Below, one piece after another: positions 8,836 to 16,940 of a stretch of DNA of 64,000 bases. The position numbers and the translations under genes were made by a program. Origin of the DNA: a virus; IMG/VR virus record IMGVR_UViG_3300045988_036168. The stretch is one strand, 5' to 3'. Under the pieces are notes generated by a model that did not search any database, was not told the DNA's origin, and was given only the letters and a program-made list of their open reading frames with translations. The stretch's first letter is position 1. Each line of letters begins with the position of its first letter.

Positions 8836-9007
8836 GTTCAGACTCCTCGCTGAGTTTGAACTGCGGGCCCCACGTTGCAACGATGTGGCGACTCTCCTGA
8901 TCGACGAACGCGAGCTTCCCGTCGTAAATCGTCATGTTCAGCTTGTACTTGATACAGGCTCTCTCGACGTCAGCGATAAGATGCTGTACCCGCTGCTTCA
9001 TTTCCAT
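8822..9007 (-). CDS. hypothetical protein (61 aa)
   Basis: ORF track 8822..9133 trimmed to MEMKQRVQHL... preceded by AAAGGAGAAG. Confidence 0.5.
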   Translation of the reverse strand: MEMKQRVQHLIADVERACIKYKLNMTIYDGKLAFVDQESRHIVATWGPQFKLSEESEHGGE

Positions 9008-9020
9008 TTGGCTTCTCCTT

Positions 9021-9908
9021 TCAGTCAATATCGAACAGCTTCTCCATCTCCGTGAACCGCCGGCTGGCTTCCTTCTTCCGCCAACTCGGGCCGGTGAACT
9101 GCATCGAGTAGCAGGTCTCGAAGATGCGGTCATAAATGCGGCTGTACCGTCTGTCCTTCTCGTCCTTCATCTCGTCGATGGTCAGGTTCGTGGTCAGGAG
9201 CATCGGGAGCTTCCGCCGATACCGGCTGTCGATGATGTTGTAAATCTTCTCAAGCGCATAATCGGTGTTGCGCTCAGCACCCAGATCGTCGAAGATGACC
9301 AGCTTCGCGCTGTTCATCCGGGCGATGATGTCGCTCTCCTTCTCCTCGCCGCCCTGAATGAGTTCCAGCAGCTTCACAAGGGAGGTCATCATCACGGGGA
9401 CGCCGCGGTTCAGCAGGTGGTTGGCGATACAGGCGGCCGCAAAACTCTTGCCCGTGCCAACGCTTCCCCAGAAAATCAAACCCTGATTTTTGGACACCAT
9501 CTCGTCGAACGCCTCAGCGTATCGGCGGCACAGCTTCAGATTTCGGGCGTTGTACTTCGTGACTTGGAAGCTGTCGAAGGATGCCTCGCGGAGCTTTTCA
9601 TCCATGAGGCTCGCCTTTTTCAGACGGGCGACACGCTCCATGTCCTTTTTGTTCTGCTCGGCCTGCTTCTCGGCAGCCTCCTTGTCGCGGTCGCACTTGC
9701 AGGAGCGGGTGGCCTTGAACGTCATCTTGTTCTCGGGGTTGCCCTCCATCGGAGCGGACACCGTCACCATCCCCTGCCTCGGCTCGCCGCACTTCCCGCA
9801 CATGAGCATTCCGTCATCGTCGAACCAATCGCCGTGGCGGATCTCCTGCCGTTCAAGCCCTTGGGCGGCAATACGGGGCAAAATGGTCTGCGGGTCAAAT
9901 CCTTGCAT
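9021..9908 (-). CDS. DnaC/IstB-like AAA+ ATPase (helicase loader)
   Basis: Walker A FWGSVGTGKSFAAACIAN, Walker B LVIFDDLGAER, then LPMLLTTNL; sits directly after the replisome-organizer-like gene. Confidence 0.7.
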   Translation of the reverse strand: MQGFDPQTILPRIAAQGLERQEIRHGDWFDDDGMLMCGKCGEPRQGMVTVSAPMEGNPENKMTFKATRSCKCDRDKEAAEKQAEQNKKDMERVARLKKASLMDEKLREASFDSFQVTKYNARNLKLCRRYAEAFDEMVSKNQGLIFWGSVGTGKSFAAACIANHLLNRGVPVMMTSLVKLLELIQGGEEKESDIIARMNSAKLVIFDDLGAERNTDYALEKIYNIIDSRYRRKLPMLLTTNLTIDEMKDEKDRRYSRIYDRIFETCYSMQFTGPSWRKKEASRRFTEMEKLFDID

Positions 9909-9911
9909 TTG

Positions 9912-10778
9912 TCATTCCTCCCCGTATTCCGCAAACGGATTTTTGTTGTCGGGCACCGCGTCCTCGGGCGGCTGGGCTTTCTTCTTATCTGGCAGATAGT
10001 CAAGGAACGGCCGGCTGTCGCTCAGGAACGTCTTCGGGTGCTTGATGTACTGCTTCTCGGTGCCGAGCCTCTTGCACTGGGTCGCATAGTTCCGAGCGGC
10101 CATCAGCAGCTCCTCCGGGGAGAAGCCCTCATGGATGCGGGCCTGATACTTCTTGAAGGCGTTGCCTTTCTCAGCCTTTTTCGGGTATGCGTCCCAGAAC
10201 TCGTCGAAGGTCGGCGTGTACTTTGGCGTTGCCGGTTCCGCAGGGGGCTTCGGCGGTTCAGGAGGCTCGGTCGGCGCTTTTTCGGCTGCGGGAGTCTCTC
10301 CCCCGTCGATTTTAAGCTGCTTTTCCTCGCCGTCCGCGGGACCGTCCGTGTGACCGTCCTTCGCCGCATCCGCTTTTTCCTCGTTTTGGGCCGCCGCTTT
10401 GCTGTTCCGCCGACTCTCGCGCTTGCGGGCAGCGTCGCGCTCTCGGGCATCCTTGGCCTTTTGCCATTGGGCTTGCCAAGTCTCCCAGTCGTGGATGCAG
10501 ATTCCGCGAGGCGACCAGTCGAGCCAGCCGCTATCGAAGAGTGCATCCACGATTTTCTTCGGATCGAGCACACAACCTGCGCCGACGCCGTACAGGTATC
10601 GCTCGATGTCCTCTTTTTCTGCATACAGTATGAGCCCGTCCCTCTCAGCGTTCGTAAGCCCCCAGAACCACAAGAAGTTCAGGATGCCCGTCGCCTCGAA
10701 CTTTGAGCAACCGAGCTGCTTATACAGATTCCGCAGCTTCGGCCCGTCGATACTTTCGTGTACGCTGATCCATGCCAT
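9912..10778 (-). CDS. phage replisome organizer / DnaD-like replication initiation protein
   Basis: N-terminus MAWISVHESIDGPKLRNLYKQLGCSKFEATGILNFLWFWG, and C-terminal FDEFWDAYPKKAEKGNAFKKYQ motif common in phage replication proteins. Confidence 0.5.
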   Translation of the reverse strand: MAWISVHESIDGPKLRNLYKQLGCSKFEATGILNFLWFWGLTNAERDGLILYAEKEDIERYLYGVGAGCVLDPKKIVDALFDSGWLDWSPRGICIHDWETWQAQWQKAKDARERDAARKRESRRNSKAAAQNEEKADAAKDGHTDGPADGEEKQLKIDGGETPAAEKAPTEPPEPPKPPAEPATPKYTPTFDEFWDAYPKKAEKGNAFKKYQARIHEGFSPEELLMAARNYATQCKRLGTEKQYIKHPKTFLSDSRPFLDYLPDKKKAQPPEDAVPDNKNPFAEYGEE

Positions 10779-10823
10779 TTTCTCACCTGCCTGTCTGTAT
10801 GACGGCTATGCCGTCGGATCGCA

Positions 10824-11753
10824 TCACTCTTTACCGGGGAAATCGGGCTGGTCGCTGGCAGGAACGGTATCGCTTGCTTCCTGCGGAGCTTCGGGTTCAG
10901 GCTTCTTCTCCTGAGCCATTTCCATGACCTTTTCGGTGATGCGGTGATACACAGACGTAGGCAGGCCCTCCGTGGACTCGTAGCCCTCGGCGGCCAGCAG
11001 GGATTTCAGGATGCCGTTCGCTTCCTGTCCGAAGGCGCTCGTCGCCATCTTGAAAAGCGTCTGACGCTGATCCTGCGTGATGGGTTCATCCTTTTCAGCC
11101 TCGGTCACTTCGCCGGTAGCAGGATCGACCACCAGAGCGAAGCCATCCGTCGGAAGCTCGCCCATGTCGAGGACTTCCTCCTGACTGTAAATGCCCATAA
11201 TCATATCGGGGCAGTTCATGCGGCCAAAGAACGAAGCGGCGCGGTACTGGATCATCACGTCGGGCATGGTCTTCCACTTGCTGCCGTTTTTGCTCGTCCA
11301 GCCTTCGTCGTTCGCCATATTCATCGTGATTTTCGGGCCGTAGACCTTGTGGCCGGAGTAATCCTCTGCCCAAGCGCGGCAGCTCAGGCCGCCGTCGGCT
11401 TTGTCGCGGCCGAACTCGAACTGCAGCTCGGTCTTATACCGGCGGCTGCTGTTAATCATGGCGATGATCCACTGGCTCGACCACGCAGGGCGCCCGTTGA
11501 CGATGTAGAGGTTCTGCATCACCATCATCGGACTGGTGTTGATGCGAGATGCCATCTCAATAGCGATCATGCAGTTGCCGACGTTTCCGTGGTACTCCTT
11601 GGGGACTACCGTAGACGACGCAAGGCACTGGGCCATGCGCAGAGCCGTATTGAAGCTCGCGCCGTCAGCGAAGACGCTCAAGGCTCCCCCGCCGGCCGTT
11701 TTCTGAGCCACAGCCCCAGCGGGCGCCGTGCTCAGTTTGTTTTCGTTGCTCAT
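10824..11753 (-). CDS. recT: RecT-family single-strand annealing recombinase
   Basis: FNTALRMAQCLASSTVVPKEYHGNVGNCMIAIEMASRINTSPMMVMQNLYIVNGRPAWSSQW matches the RecT core pattern. Confidence 0.7.
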   Translation of the reverse strand: MSNENKLSTAPAGAVAQKTAGGGALSVFADGASFNTALRMAQCLASSTVVPKEYHGNVGNCMIAIEMASRINTSPMMVMQNLYIVNGRPAWSSQWIIAMINSSRRYKTELQFEFGRDKADGGLSCRAWAEDYSGHKVYGPKITMNMANDEGWTSKNGSKWKTMPDVMIQYRAASFFGRMNCPDMIMGIYSQEEVLDMGELPTDGFALVVDPATGEVTEAEKDEPITQDQRQTLFKMATSAFGQEANGILKSLLAAEGYESTEGLPTSVYHRITEKVMEMAQEKKPEPEAPQEASDTVPASDQPDFPGKE

Positions 11754-11778
11754 GTTGACCTCCTGTTATTCTCCGGTT

Positions 11779-12525
11779 TTACCGGGTGCTGACGCTGGTG
11801 GTGTATGTTTCGCGGAACTTGATACCGGGTATCTCGACCTGGCCCTTGGACATCTTAATCAGGCGGAGCACCGCAGCCTTATCGACCGGGCGCAGCTCAA
11901 TGCCAACGAGGGACACGGGAACCTTAGACCAGTCGCACTCGGACTCGCAGATTTCCCACGTCTTGCTCTGGGAGATGCCCTTGACCTTGGGCGTCTGATG
12001 CTGGACGCCACCGGCGATGGACACCCCTTCCATCATCTCGGCTTCGGCCATAGCGTACTCTGCGCCAACAGCGTCACCGTTAGCCTCAGCTTCGGCAGCT
12101 TCATTCAGGTGGCGGTCGATCTCGGCCTGAGCCAGTCGGCGCATGGCCTCCTCCTGCTCACGGCGCTTGCGCTCCTGCTCCGCGCTGTACTCGTTCACCT
12201 TGGTCTTGACGATCTTCTCCGCCTTTTCCAGAGGCTCAATCATTTCCTTTCTGTGGTTCAGAACCTCGTCGTAGCTCTTCTTGGCGGACACGCGGAGAGG
12301 CTCCCAATAGTCATTGACCTGCTTCTGGGCCTGCTTGATCTGCTTCAGGAACAGGCCAGCGTCCTCGAAATCCGCTCCAGAGGCGACGACGACCGCTTCG
12401 GCCCGCTGCTCAATCAAGCTGACTTCTTTGCCGAGCTTGCTCTCTTCAGCGTTCATCACGGTCACGTTCTCTTCTGCGGTGTCAAGGACAAGGGCATTGC
12501 TTCCGATGGTCTTTGCGTCGTTCAT
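11779..12525 (-). CDS. coiled-coil protein of the recombination module (possibly DUF1351-like)
   Basis: ORF track 11779..12543 trimmed to MNDAKTIG... preceded by AAAGGAG; sits between the exonuclease and RecT. Confidence 0.5.
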   Translation of the reverse strand: MNDAKTIGSNALVLDTAEENVTVMNAEESKLGKEVSLIEQRAEAVVVASGADFEDAGLFLKQIKQAQKQVNDYWEPLRVSAKKSYDEVLNHRKEMIEPLEKAEKIVKTKVNEYSAEQERKRREQEEAMRRLAQAEIDRHLNEAAEAEANGDAVGAEYAMAEAEMMEGVSIAGGVQHQTPKVKGISQSKTWEICESECDWSKVPVSLVGIELRPVDKAAVLRLIKMSKGQVEIPGIKFRETYTTSVSTR

Positions 12526-12543
12526 ACTGACACTCCTTTTCAT

Positions 12544-13161
12544 TTATTTGTAAGACTGTTCATAGTCGTACAGACATTTCAGCGCCCCGACTACGCGGCA
12601 TCTGGCGGGGTCTTTGGCCGGGAACTCGCGGAACGACCACTTCCCGTCCTTTTTCAGATGCAGGATGTGCTTTCTCTGCGGTGTGATGCCGTGGGAAATA
12701 AGTGCCTGCGAGTAGGCTTCAAGCTGGACACCGCAGGCCATTTCCAGCAGCGTGTACGTCGTCTTGAAGTCGATAAGCTCCAGCAGGCCGCCAATCTCGC
12801 AGAGCAGGTCAATCGTCCCGCCGTAGCGCATCAGCTTATGGTAGATGCGCACCTCAGAGCCGAAGACCCGCGGTTTATACTGCTTCCACCACTCCACGAA
12901 GCCGTTGAAGTAGCCGCGATGCTCCGACGGAATATCGTCGATGCCGAACTTGATCCAGTTCTCGATGCTGTTATGCACCGCAGAGCCTTTGATGGCGGCG
13001 TTCTCAAGCGTCCGCTTGCTGATACCGCCGTAGCACTGGTCTTTCAGCGGCTCCATCAGCTTCGACACGCTCGGGATGATGTCGCCGTTCAGCCGGTAGA
13101 TATGGCTGGCCTCGTCGAAGGTCAGCTCGGGCAGTTCAGGAACCTCAACCGTCATACCCAT
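12544..13161 (-). CDS. PD-(D/E)xK exonuclease (RecB/Cas4-like fold), likely RecT partner
   Basis: ASHIYRLNGDIIPSVSKLM N-terminus and GTIDLLCEIGGLLELIDFKT (D...E-x-K) core. Confidence 0.55.
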   Translation of the reverse strand: MGMTVEVPELPELTFDEASHIYRLNGDIIPSVSKLMEPLKDQCYGGISKRTLENAAIKGSAVHNSIENWIKFGIDDIPSEHRGYFNGFVEWWKQYKPRVFGSEVRIYHKLMRYGGTIDLLCEIGGLLELIDFKTTYTLLEMACGVQLEAYSQALISHGITPQRKHILHLKKDGKWSFREFPAKDPARCRVVGALKCLYDYEQSYK

Positions 13162-13393
13162 CGGGAATGTCCTCCTCGCTCGCAGTTCTCCATTCTCCGC
13201 CCAGCTTCGGTATCAGGACGCAGAGCGGCAGGTCTTCCAAGCAGTCCTCGCACCACGCCTCACCGTCGATAATGCCGTATTCGTCGCCGGGAATAATCGG
13301 CTCTCCGCAGGAGCAGCAGTGCGTTACCGGCGTCGGGTCCGGAGCGTTCGGGCAGCCGCTCAGGCAAGGGCTGTGCATACAGATGTCGCACAT
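13145..13393 (-). CDS. small Cys-rich protein
   Basis: ORF track; MCDICMHSPCLSGC...CCSCGEPI...WCEDC. Confidence 0.55.
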   Translation of the reverse strand: MCDICMHSPCLSGCPNAPDPTPVTHCCSCGEPIIPGDEYGIIDGEAWCEDCLEDLPLCVLIPKLGGEWRTASEEDIPDGYDG

Positions 13394-13626
13394 AAGTTTC
13401 TCCTCCCAATCGCATTGATTCTCTCGCGCATCACATAATCTTCCAGCTCGTTTCTGAACAGGAGCGGCACATACGCCTCGTCCTTGCCGTTCAGGTCTGC
13501 CTTGCGGACGGTGTGCTGCATGATGGCGACCATGTCATCCACATCGAACCAGAAGCCGGTCTCGTTCTGGACGTCCACGATGATGTTTCCCAGCTCCTCG
13601 GTGTTCAGCTTCGCCGTGTCGATCAT
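13360..13626 (-). CDS. hypothetical protein (88 aa)
   Basis: ORF track 13360..13743 trimmed to MIDTAKLNTEEL... (ATGA coupling with the SLT gene stop at 13623). Confidence 0.5.
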   Translation of the reverse strand: MIDTAKLNTEELGNIIVDVQNETGFWFDVDDMVAIMQHTVRKADLNGKDEAYVPLLFRNELEDYVMRERINAIGRRNLCATSVCTALA

Positions 13627-14351
13627 GCCAGCACCTCCGCCCATGCGTCCGCGTATTCCATCACCGTGCGGCTGTACGACGTGGTCGTGTAGCCTTTGCT
13701 GAAGACGTGCTCCTGAGCGCCGCCCTCGCCGTAGTTGTAACAAATCAAGGCTTTGTGCCAGTCCCCGTACTTCCCATACAGGTCGCTCAGGATGAACACG
13801 CCAGCGCGGATATTCTGGTACGGGTCAGTCAGATCCGTGACTCTGATTTTCTCGGACAGCCATTCGGAATTGATGCTGTTGATCTGCATATAGCCGTAGC
13901 AGCTTCCGTTTGCGGCTGTGGCCGTGAACGAGCTTTCGGCCTGAATGACGCCCAGAGCCACGTTCTGAGGGACGCCGTATTCTTCGCAGACCGCAATCAG
14001 ATGGCACTGCAGGTCGAAGTCCAGCGGGATCTCCTCATGCAGATAGCCTTGCTCCAGCAGAGCGGCCTCGATTTTCTCGTTCTCGTCCTCTTCCTCTACG
14101 GGTTCCGGTTCCTGAGTAGGCTCTGCCGTCATCTGGACGTGCTGATATGTACTGTCGTGCTCTGCGACCAGCAGAACCGGCTCAGCCTGCAATGCGGGCG
14201 GCTGCGGTGTTGGTTCGGGCACCGTTTCGGCTGCCCCCCCCCCTGTCAGGGCTACGATGCTGGCCGTGGTCATCGCCAGCACGGCCGCTGTGGTCGCCAG
14301 CTTGATTCGCAAGATGCGGCGGCGTCTTCTTCGCCGTTCCATTCGGGTCAT
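13623..14351 (-). CDS. membrane-anchored lytic transglycosylase (SLT domain)
   Basis: N-terminal Arg-rich segment plus hydrophobic anchor; SLT motifs GVIQAESSF, YGYMQIN and ALICYNYG. Confidence 0.7.
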   Translation of the reverse strand: MTRMERRRRRRRILRIKLATTAAVLAMTTASIVALTGGGAAETVPEPTPQPPALQAEPVLLVAEHDSTYQHVQMTAEPTQEPEPVEEEDENEKIEAALLEQGYLHEEIPLDFDLQCHLIAVCEEYGVPQNVALGVIQAESSFTATAANGSCYGYMQINSINSEWLSEKIRVTDLTDPYQNIRAGVFILSDLYGKYGDWHKALICYNYGEGGAQEHVFSKGYTTTSYSRTVMEYADAWAEVLA

Positions 14352-14482
14352 GATGCTTTGTCCTCCTTTGTTTTCTCAGGTGTCGCGCAGAACGGGGCCA
14401 GATCCAACGGTTTCATCCGCCGAATGGCCTCCGCAAGCTCCCGTGGGCTTTTGATGCCATACTCTTCCGCGAGTATAGCCAT
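14348..14482 (-). CDS. small hypothetical protein (44 aa)
   Basis: Not in the ORF track (below 60 aa). ATG at 14482 (MAILAEEYGIKSPRELAEAIRRMKPLDLAPF...); stop overlaps the SLT start (ATGA). Weak RBS. Confidence 0.4.
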   Translation of the reverse strand: MAILAEEYGIKSPRELAEAIRRMKPLDLAPFCATPEKTKEDKAS

Positions 14483-14486
14483 CAGA

Positions 14487-15002
14487 CTACTTTGATCCAT
14501 GGGCATCACCATCTTCGTTCAGAGCCATCTCTCCGATGGTCTTCAGCTCGCTCACGGTCTTTGCCAGATCGTCGAGGTAGGCCAAAACCTCTTGAAGCGC
14601 CGGTTTCTCGTCTTCGGTGATTTTCCCGTCAGCCGCGATGTCAAGGAGCGTGTCCTTGACATCTCCGAGCTTTTCGGTCTTCAGGCTCTTCAGCAGCTTG
14701 ACCGTCACGCGGTCAATGCCCACCACTTCATCGGAGAGCGAATGCCTGCATCCAATCGGGCACTCGTTCAAGCAGTAGTGGTTCAGCAGCCACGGGGCGT
14801 TGTACCTGTCAGCCATGAGCACCGCCTTATCGACCGGCATGAACTTTGTGTTCCCCAGCTCTGCATCTGCCAGCGAAGATACCGACATTCCGAGTTGCTC
14901 AGCCGCGCTCTCACGGCTACATAGCCTGTCATCATATTCAGCAGCCTTTTTTCTGGCTTGATACCACGGATTTCCCGCCGCTTTCGTAGCGTCACGTCCC
15001 AT
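14487..15002 (-). CDS. HTH (XRE-like) phage regulator with C-terminal helical domain
   Basis: SRESAAEQLGMSVSSLADAELGNTKFMPVDKAVLMADRY HTH segment; second gene of the leftward early operon. Confidence 0.6.
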   Translation of the reverse strand: MGRDATKAAGNPWYQARKKAAEYDDRLCSRESAAEQLGMSVSSLADAELGNTKFMPVDKAVLMADRYNAPWLLNHYCLNECPIGCRHSLSDEVVGIDRVTVKLLKSLKTEKLGDVKDTLLDIAADGKITEDEKPALQEVLAYLDDLAKTVSELKTIGEMALNEDGDAHGSK

Positions 15003-15049
15003 TTTCTCTGAGCCTCCAATCGCCTATAATTACCGTAGTGGCAAGATAA

Positions 15050-15067
15050 ATTATCCAATCGGCTAAT
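15050..15067. promoter_or_regulatory. operator O1 (ATTATCCA-AT-CGGCTAAT)
   Basis: 18-bp imperfect palindrome between the Cro-like gene and the second HTH gene; same consensus as O2 and the cassette operators. Confidence 0.55.
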
Positions 15068-15110
15068 CATCGGGCAAAAAAATATACACCGACGCCGATG
15101 ATGGCCTCGA

Positions 15111-15329
15111 TTAACCAGTTGGCAACTTGCCGTCGAAGAAAAAGTCGTTCACCTGCGCATTGTTCAGCGTGAGCAGGCTGGCGACCTCCGGGACTTCATC
15201 CAAGGTAAACTCTACTTCGCCTCTCTCTTTTCTCCCATAGGAGACTTCCGTGAGGCCGAGCTTCTCTGCCATGTACTTCTGCGTAAATCCAAGCCTTGCG
15301 CGGGCTCCCTTGATTTCGAGTGGTTTCAT
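15111..15329 (-). CDS. Cro-like XRE-family HTH protein (72 aa)
   Basis: ORF track 15111..15545 trimmed to MKPLEIKGARARLGFTQKYMAEKLGLTEVSYGRKERGE preceded by AAAGGGGTGA; divergent from the repressor gene. Confidence 0.75.
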   Translation of the reverse strand: MKPLEIKGARARLGFTQKYMAEKLGLTEVSYGRKERGEVEFTLDEVPEVASLLTLNNAQVNDFFFDGKLPTG

Positions 15330-15383
15330 AATGTTCACCCCTTTCAGCCTATCTTTTTTTGAAGATAATTGACCTATGTGATT

Positions 15384-15412
15384 ATTATAATTATCCACGT
15401 GGCTAATGTCAA
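15384..15412 (-). promoter_or_regulatory. leftward early promoter TTGACA-17 bp-TATAAT with operator O2 in its spacer
   Basis: Minus-strand -35 at 15412-15407 and -10 at 15389-15384; operator ATTATCCA-CG-TGGCTAAT at 15390-15407 fills the spacer. Confidence 0.7.
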
Positions 15413-15443
15413 TAGTTTTTTGCAGTTTTATCGCAAAAAATGT

Positions 15444-15479
15444 TTGCGATTTTACCCAAAGAGCTTTACAATGGCTAAT
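15444..15479 (+). promoter_or_regulatory. rightward promoter of the repressor operon (TTGCGA-17 bp-TACAAT) with abutting half-site TGGCTAAT
   Basis: -35 at 15444-15449, -10 at 15467-15472, half-operator at 15472-15479; ~35 nt upstream of the AAAGGAGAAG RBS of 15514..15852. Confidence 0.55.
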
Positions 15480-15513
15480 ACAAACAATCACGCTGGCAAA
15501 GGAGAAGCACATC

Positions 15514-15852
15514 ATGGAACTCGAACTCGATTTTACCGCCTTCAAGAAGAACCTGCGCGACCTAATTGAAAGCAGGGGTCTCTACGCCAAGGACATCGCC
15601 GCAGAGATCAACGTCTCAACGCCTACCCTGTCGAGATACCTTCAGGGCGTCCGTGAACCCGAACTCAAGTACGTCGTTCGGCTCGCCCGCTACTTCGGCG
15701 TTTCTGTTGACTGGCTGCTGGGCCTCAGCAACGACCGCTACGAGGCAGTCCCCACAGAAGTCCGCGAGTTTGCCACTCTGTACGCTCTGGCCTCGCCAGA
15801 TGACCGTACCATCGTCGAAACTGTACTCAAAAAATATCGAGAGGAGAACTAA
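15514..15852 (+). CDS. CI-like XRE-family HTH repressor (112 aa, no peptidase domain)
   Basis: ORF track 15406..15852 trimmed to MELELDFTAFKKNLRDLIESRGLYAKDIAAEINVSTPTLSRYLQGVREP; heads the plus-strand operon that ends in the integrase. Confidence 0.75.
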   Translation: MELELDFTAFKKNLRDLIESRGLYAKDIAAEINVSTPTLSRYLQGVREPELKYVVRLARYFGVSVDWLLGLSNDRYEAVPTEVREFATLYALASPDDRTIVETVLKKYREEN

Positions 15853-15854
15853 CC

Positions 15855-16772
15855 ATGATCTTCGGCAAAGACTTGGGACGTTCTGCCTTCTTTGCCGAAA
15901 TCGGCTCGGAGGTTGAACGTCTGGACAGCATCCCCAGCAACTACACAAGCCTCGTCTGCATTGGGCAGGGCGTCAGCCTCACCGATACCGTAGGACGTGA
16001 GTATCGCATCGACCTGTTCATCTCGCCCACCGGCTGTATCGCCGTTCGGCTCCCCCCTCCCCTTGCCGGTGCGTCGCCGACCGACGCCGATCCCAAGCAT
16101 CTACGCCGCGTTGCCTCCATTGTGCGGGCGTGGAGCGTGGAGCAGCTCAACGAGGTCTGTGCCGACCATTTCTACCACGCCGAAGGACAGGCCGCCGACA
16201 TCATCGACGTCCTCGTTCGCGCCGGTCTTGCGGGTTTCTCCGACAAAGGCAATGTCAGCAAGGCTCTCGCCGCAACGCTGGCCGGTGGCGAATTACTCTT
16301 CGAGGTCATCGACTCAGCCTCCGCACACAAGGTCTTTACCAGCCGTGAACTCATTGACCGATTCTCTGCCGCAAAAGGCGTTGACCCAGACGACGTGACC
16401 GAGTTCATCGGTGCCCTCGAAGTCATGGACGGCTTCAGCGCCGTCTCCATCGGCCGCGAGATCATCGTTCAATATGCTCCGCTCGGCGACGGCCGCCCGT
16501 ACCAGCTCTTCAAGTTCACCATCGGGCAGCATCGCTCGGACGTGGTGGCCGAGCCCCGTGTCACCCGACACCAGCTCCAGAGCAACGGGCGAGGTCCTGC
16601 CGAGGCCGACAGTTTCTTTGAGGCCCTCATTCCCTATGCGGACACGGCCTCAATGCAGCCTGCACCAGACGGCTCCATCAGTGTCTTGCCTCTCAGCATT
16701 GACGCCCTGATGGATGGCACGATGGGGCTTGTGGCAGCGGCCAGAGGCTTCGCAAAAGCAGTCTCGCAATAA
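15855..16772 (+). CDS. hypothetical protein (305 aa) of the lysogeny operon
   Basis: ORF track; GAGAGGAGAA RBS; starts 2 nt after the repressor stop; no motif recognised. Confidence 0.65.
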   Translation: MIFGKDLGRSAFFAEIGSEVERLDSIPSNYTSLVCIGQGVSLTDTVGREYRIDLFISPTGCIAVRLPPPLAGASPTDADPKHLRRVASIVRAWSVEQLNEVCADHFYHAEGQAADIIDVLVRAGLAGFSDKGNVSKALAATLAGGELLFEVIDSASAHKVFTSRELIDRFSAAKGVDPDDVTEFIGALEVMDGFSAVSIGREIIVQYAPLGDGRPYQLFKFTIGQHRSDVVAEPRVTRHQLQSNGRGPAEADSFFEALIPYADTASMQPAPDGSISVLPLSIDALMDGTMGLVAAARGFAKAVSQ

Positions 16773-16820
16773 AAACACATACGGGGCATCGCAGCAGCGG
16801 TGCCCCAAAACTATATCTAA

Positions 16821-16872
16821 CGGTTACGTTACGTTTACGGTATAGGTTACGGTTACGGTATGGTTACGGTTA
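16821..16872. repeat. degenerate tandem hexamer array (CGGTTA-like, ~9 units)
   Basis: CGGTTACGTTACGTTTACGGTATAGGTTACGGTTACGGTATGGTTACGGTTA, between the 305-aa gene and the integrase. Confidence 0.6.
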
Positions 16873-16877
16873 TACAC

Positions 16878-16909
16878 GGAACGTCCGTGGATTTTTGGTC
16901 GGACGTTCC
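16878..16909. promoter_or_regulatory. perfect 10-bp inverted repeat with T-rich centre (candidate attP core or int regulatory site)
   Basis: GGAACGTCCG (16878-16887) - TGGATTTTTGGT - CGGACGTTCC (16900-16909), 31 nt upstream of the integrase ATG. Confidence 0.45.
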
Positions 16910-16940
16910 TATGGAATATCCCGAAAAAGGAGGACTTCGT

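Noticed and set aside
15111-15545. Long forms of many track ORFs. Examples are 15111..15545, 15406..15852, 16860..18659, 48988..49929, 32874..33545 and 44429..45022.
   Set aside because: The N-terminal extensions run through promoters or upstream genes and are Arg/Ser-rich. They also lack an RBS. Internal ATG or GTG codons with GGAGG-type RBS or ATGA/GTGA coupling give the conserved-looking proteins, so I trimmed the starts by in-frame codon arithmetic.
16821-16872. Tandem CGGTTA-like repeats considered as a CRISPR or minisatellite locus
   Set aside because: The units are only 5-6 bp, degenerate and without spacers. This is not a CRISPR array. I kept it only as a possible protein-binding repeat.
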